Below are positions 63,817 to 64,000 of a DNA stretch of 64,000 nucleotides, in pieces. Positions within the stretch are counted from its first letter, which is position 1, and every line of letters begins with the position of its first letter. Both the position numbers and the translations under genes were made by a program. Source of the stretch: Bacteroidales bacterium (GTDB lineage Bacteria; Bacteroidota; Bacteroidia; Bacteroidales; JAAYJT01); assembly GCA_014860575.1 (NCBI GenBank), contig JACZJK010000033.1, positions 37,743 to 101,742 of the forward strand. Direction: 5' to 3'. The notes under the pieces were generated by a model. That model was not told the DNA's origin. It did not search any database and saw only the letters and a program-made list of their open reading frames with translations.

Positions 63817-64000
63817 ATGGAAGAACAAAAAAACACCTTTGCCGATAGCACCCGCCGTCGCCTCAAAAAGCCCGCTGTTACTAATGATCTGATGGATCAT
63901 GGCAAATTGCCGCCACAAGCTATTGAGCTCGAAGAAGCCGTACTCGGAGCTATTATGCTCGAAAAAGATGCACTCACAGCGGTAATTGACATTTTAAAGC
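63817..64000 (+). CDS. dnaB: replicative DNA helicase, N-terminal fragment (continues past the window end)
   Basis: Hand translation gives MEEQKNTFADSTRRRLKKPAVTNDLMDHGKLPPQAIELEEAVLGAIMLEKDALTAVIDILK. The PPQAIELEEAVLGA segment is the conserved DnaB N-terminal helix. Confidence 0.75.
   Translation, partial: MEEQKNTFADSTRRRLKKPAVTNDLMDHGKLPPQAIELEEAVLGAIMLEKDALTAVIDILK

Overview
This is a 64 kb chromosomal window that looks like Bacteroidota. The evidence: six proteins end in a T9SS type-A C-terminal sorting domain, a PorX-type receiver/PglZ regulator is present, LpxC and FabZ are fused, TAnnTTTG -7 boxes sit upstream of many genes, and Shine-Dalgarno sequences are almost absent. I support about 46 protein-coding genes at high coding density. 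I found no rRNA, tRNA, CRISPR array, integrase or intact transposase.

Gene content, left to right:
- aroB, then proline dehydrogenase.
- A porX-tsaE-alanine dehydrogenase-like operon and an HD phosphohydrolase.
- A secreted C1 protease, a Lys-rich cold-shock-domain protein, and an M23 peptidase fused to BTRD1-like repeats.
- A PLP decarboxylase coupled to a T9SS esterase, then acnA.
- A lipid acyltransferase plus methyltransferase pair, followed by the lipid A block lpxD-lpxC/fabZ-lpxA-ABC ATPase-efp-lpxD2.
- A surface-glycan block (O-antigen ligase, two Wzz-like proteins, Wzx, three glycosyltransferases, WbqC) interleaved with murB and ftsE.
- Tandem thioredoxins and an orphan IS1595-type zinc-ribbon protein.
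- Convergent T9SS M6 and S8 proteases, and a 1532-aa hybrid sensor kinase.
- hutI-ftcD-HD.
- An operon of two large T9SS cargo proteins plus two small lipoproteins.
- A DUF2779 nuclease-like protein and the 5' end of dnaB.

Hunt result: I did not find a convincing, self-contained novel multi-gene system, and there are no defence-island or mobile-element hallmarks. The signals least explained by ordinary annotation are:
1. A recurrent class of intergenic cryptic tandem arrays with a 7-8 nt period, at seven or more sites. Two of them are preceded by purine-rich blocks with shared vocabulary.
2. A nested REP-like palindromic element.
3. A signal-less M23/BTRD1 peptidase with a histone-like N-terminal tail, next to a possible Shine-Dalgarno-led small ORF.
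4. A five-blade propeller module shared by two otherwise different T9SS cargo proteins.
5. A lipid-tailoring acyltransferase/methyltransferase pair upstream of the lipid A genes.

All homology calls come from motif recognition by eye. No database search was run.
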